Assembly (NCBI RefSeq): GCF_001194135.2
Contig: NC_068982.1
Span: 103,145,983 to 103,201,597 of the forward strand
Length of the DNA: 55,615 bases
Direction: 5' to 3'
Source of the DNA: Octopus bimaculoides
Lineage: Eukaryota
The translations under genes were made by a program, and so were the position numbers. A model generated the notes under the pieces. That model had not been told where the DNA came from, ran no database searches, and saw only the letters and a list, made by a program, of their open reading frames with translations. Positions 53,982 to 55,615 of the stretch are shown here, piece by piece; within the stretch, counting starts at the first letter, position 1; each line of letters begins with the position of its first letter.

Positions 53982-55615
53982 TACATACATACATCCATAT
54001 ATATATATAAAATCATCATCGCCTTTGTTTTATGTCCACTTTCCATGCTAATATGTATGTATATATGTGTGTGTGTGTTTGCACATAAGTGTATTTATAT
54101 GTTTGTGTATGTGTGTGTGTGTGTGTATTGGAGTCAAAAAGGTATATCTTCATATAAACTGTAAGTAAATGTTCTTGTATATTGCATTCAAACTCTGAAT
54201 TAATGTGATTAAACCTCTAAGCTTACATCTGTTCCTCTTCTTTAAAAAATAGTTTTAAATTTTTAAATATTGAATATTAAAGTAACATTGCTGTGCTTTG
54301 TAGAACTGTTATCAAATAACACTTGTCTGTGTCATAGTGTTCAGAGGAACCTTTATTTTTGTCATATTGTGAGAATTTAGAGTACACAATGTGGAGCTTT
54401 TATCTTTGTCTATCTATAATGATTTTTTTATGGCATCATATGGGACAACAGTGAGCACATACTAGATGCCATATTGGTGAAGTTGATTTGATATTGATGC
54501 TTAATCTAGATTCTGTAACAATTGAAAAGTATAAGAACAAAGAATGAATGTTTGTTCCATAGAATAGCAGCTTGTATAAGAGGATTTGGAAATTGGCTAC
54601 ATCAATATAATAAAAATGATAGCAGCCAGATTGGAAGAATTGATTTAAGATATAAATCTCTTTCGTGACATTTCATGCAAGTTTTCAATGTAGTAGAAAC
54701 AGTAACTGAAACACAATCTCACAGATTTGGTGGGATTTCCTTTGATCAATTTTGGAGTCAATTTTAAATGGCAACTATATTGTTGGGTGCAGCAGACATT
54801 TATACAAGGAAACTTGGCTTTGAGGTTTTGCTCTTTCTATGTATTGTATAGACAGTGGATATGACAGTTTTGTGATAAACATAAACTAAGAGCAGTGCAT
54901 TTATGGAACAGAAATGATAATAGCTTGATTAGATGTTTGTTATCTATGAGAAATGGTTATCAGAACTGAGGGAGTTGTTATAAAAATTCAATATTAGGTC
55001 TGAGAAAATGTTGATAAACAGCTTACCCTTGAACTACTTGACCAGTTATGGGTTATAGTTTAGAGACAGACTGTTGAATGAAAGTATAATGGCCAGTTTT
55101 AATATTGAAGCTATTTTGCTGAGTTATTAAATGGCAAACATATTACTAAAATATATAAAAATAATGTTGTCTAAAAAATGTATATTTGTTTTTAAATATA
55201 AATGATAAAAAAAAAAACCTGAGTATGATGAAATCATTTAATATAAGCTTTAAGATCTCTATTACTGTTTAACACCTAACAATAGAGATTATAAATAGTC
55301 TTTAAGAGAAAGTCATTAGGAAAGAAAAAGAAGTTGAAATTTTATTTCAGACATGATCATTGAAAGAGATATTTTGCTGGAAACTCTTTGTTTGATTACC
55401 AGTTAATACATGTAACCATTTAAAACAGTTTAAATCTGGAATTATTTTTTTCTTTCCCTGGAAATTTTTGTTGCAAAATCTCAAGGTAATCTTTGTTATA
55501 ATGGCAGTATATGAATGTTAATCTTTCCTAAAAGGAAACCGTTCACAGATGACTGCAATTTATGTGTGTGCATGCATGTGTGCATATGTAAATATGTGTA
55601 TGTATATAACATATA

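Overview
AT-rich, microsatellite-dense animal genomic DNA from a gapped short-read assembly (8 N-runs). The repeat style suggests an octopod cephalopod, but this is inference only. One host gene is recognisable on the + strand: a CREBRF/REPTOR-family bZIP transcription factor with five coding exons (8443-9745, 15168-15275, 18036-18426, 18672-18745, 19723-19869/19877). They splice in frame through GT-AG introns to about 671 aa. Its first exon and possibly its last exon are not identified. The rest is intronic/intergenic and contains several tRNA-derived SINE families, piggyBac-like and Tc1-like MITEs, two CR1/Jockey-type LINE relics, a Penelope-like relic and a decayed DD34E Tc1 transposon with long IR/DR terminal repeats. 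The most notable unannotated signal is a near-canonical type I hammerhead ribozyme on the minus strand at 3512-3597. Other leads are a Penelope/tRNA-like/hammerhead-remnant composite at 830-1250, inverted SINE pairs bracketing CREBRF exons, a candidate poison exon and an unresolved C-terminus. No clearly new multi-gene system is supported. Most long ORFs in the supplied track are artefacts of N-gaps, microsatellites or SINEs.
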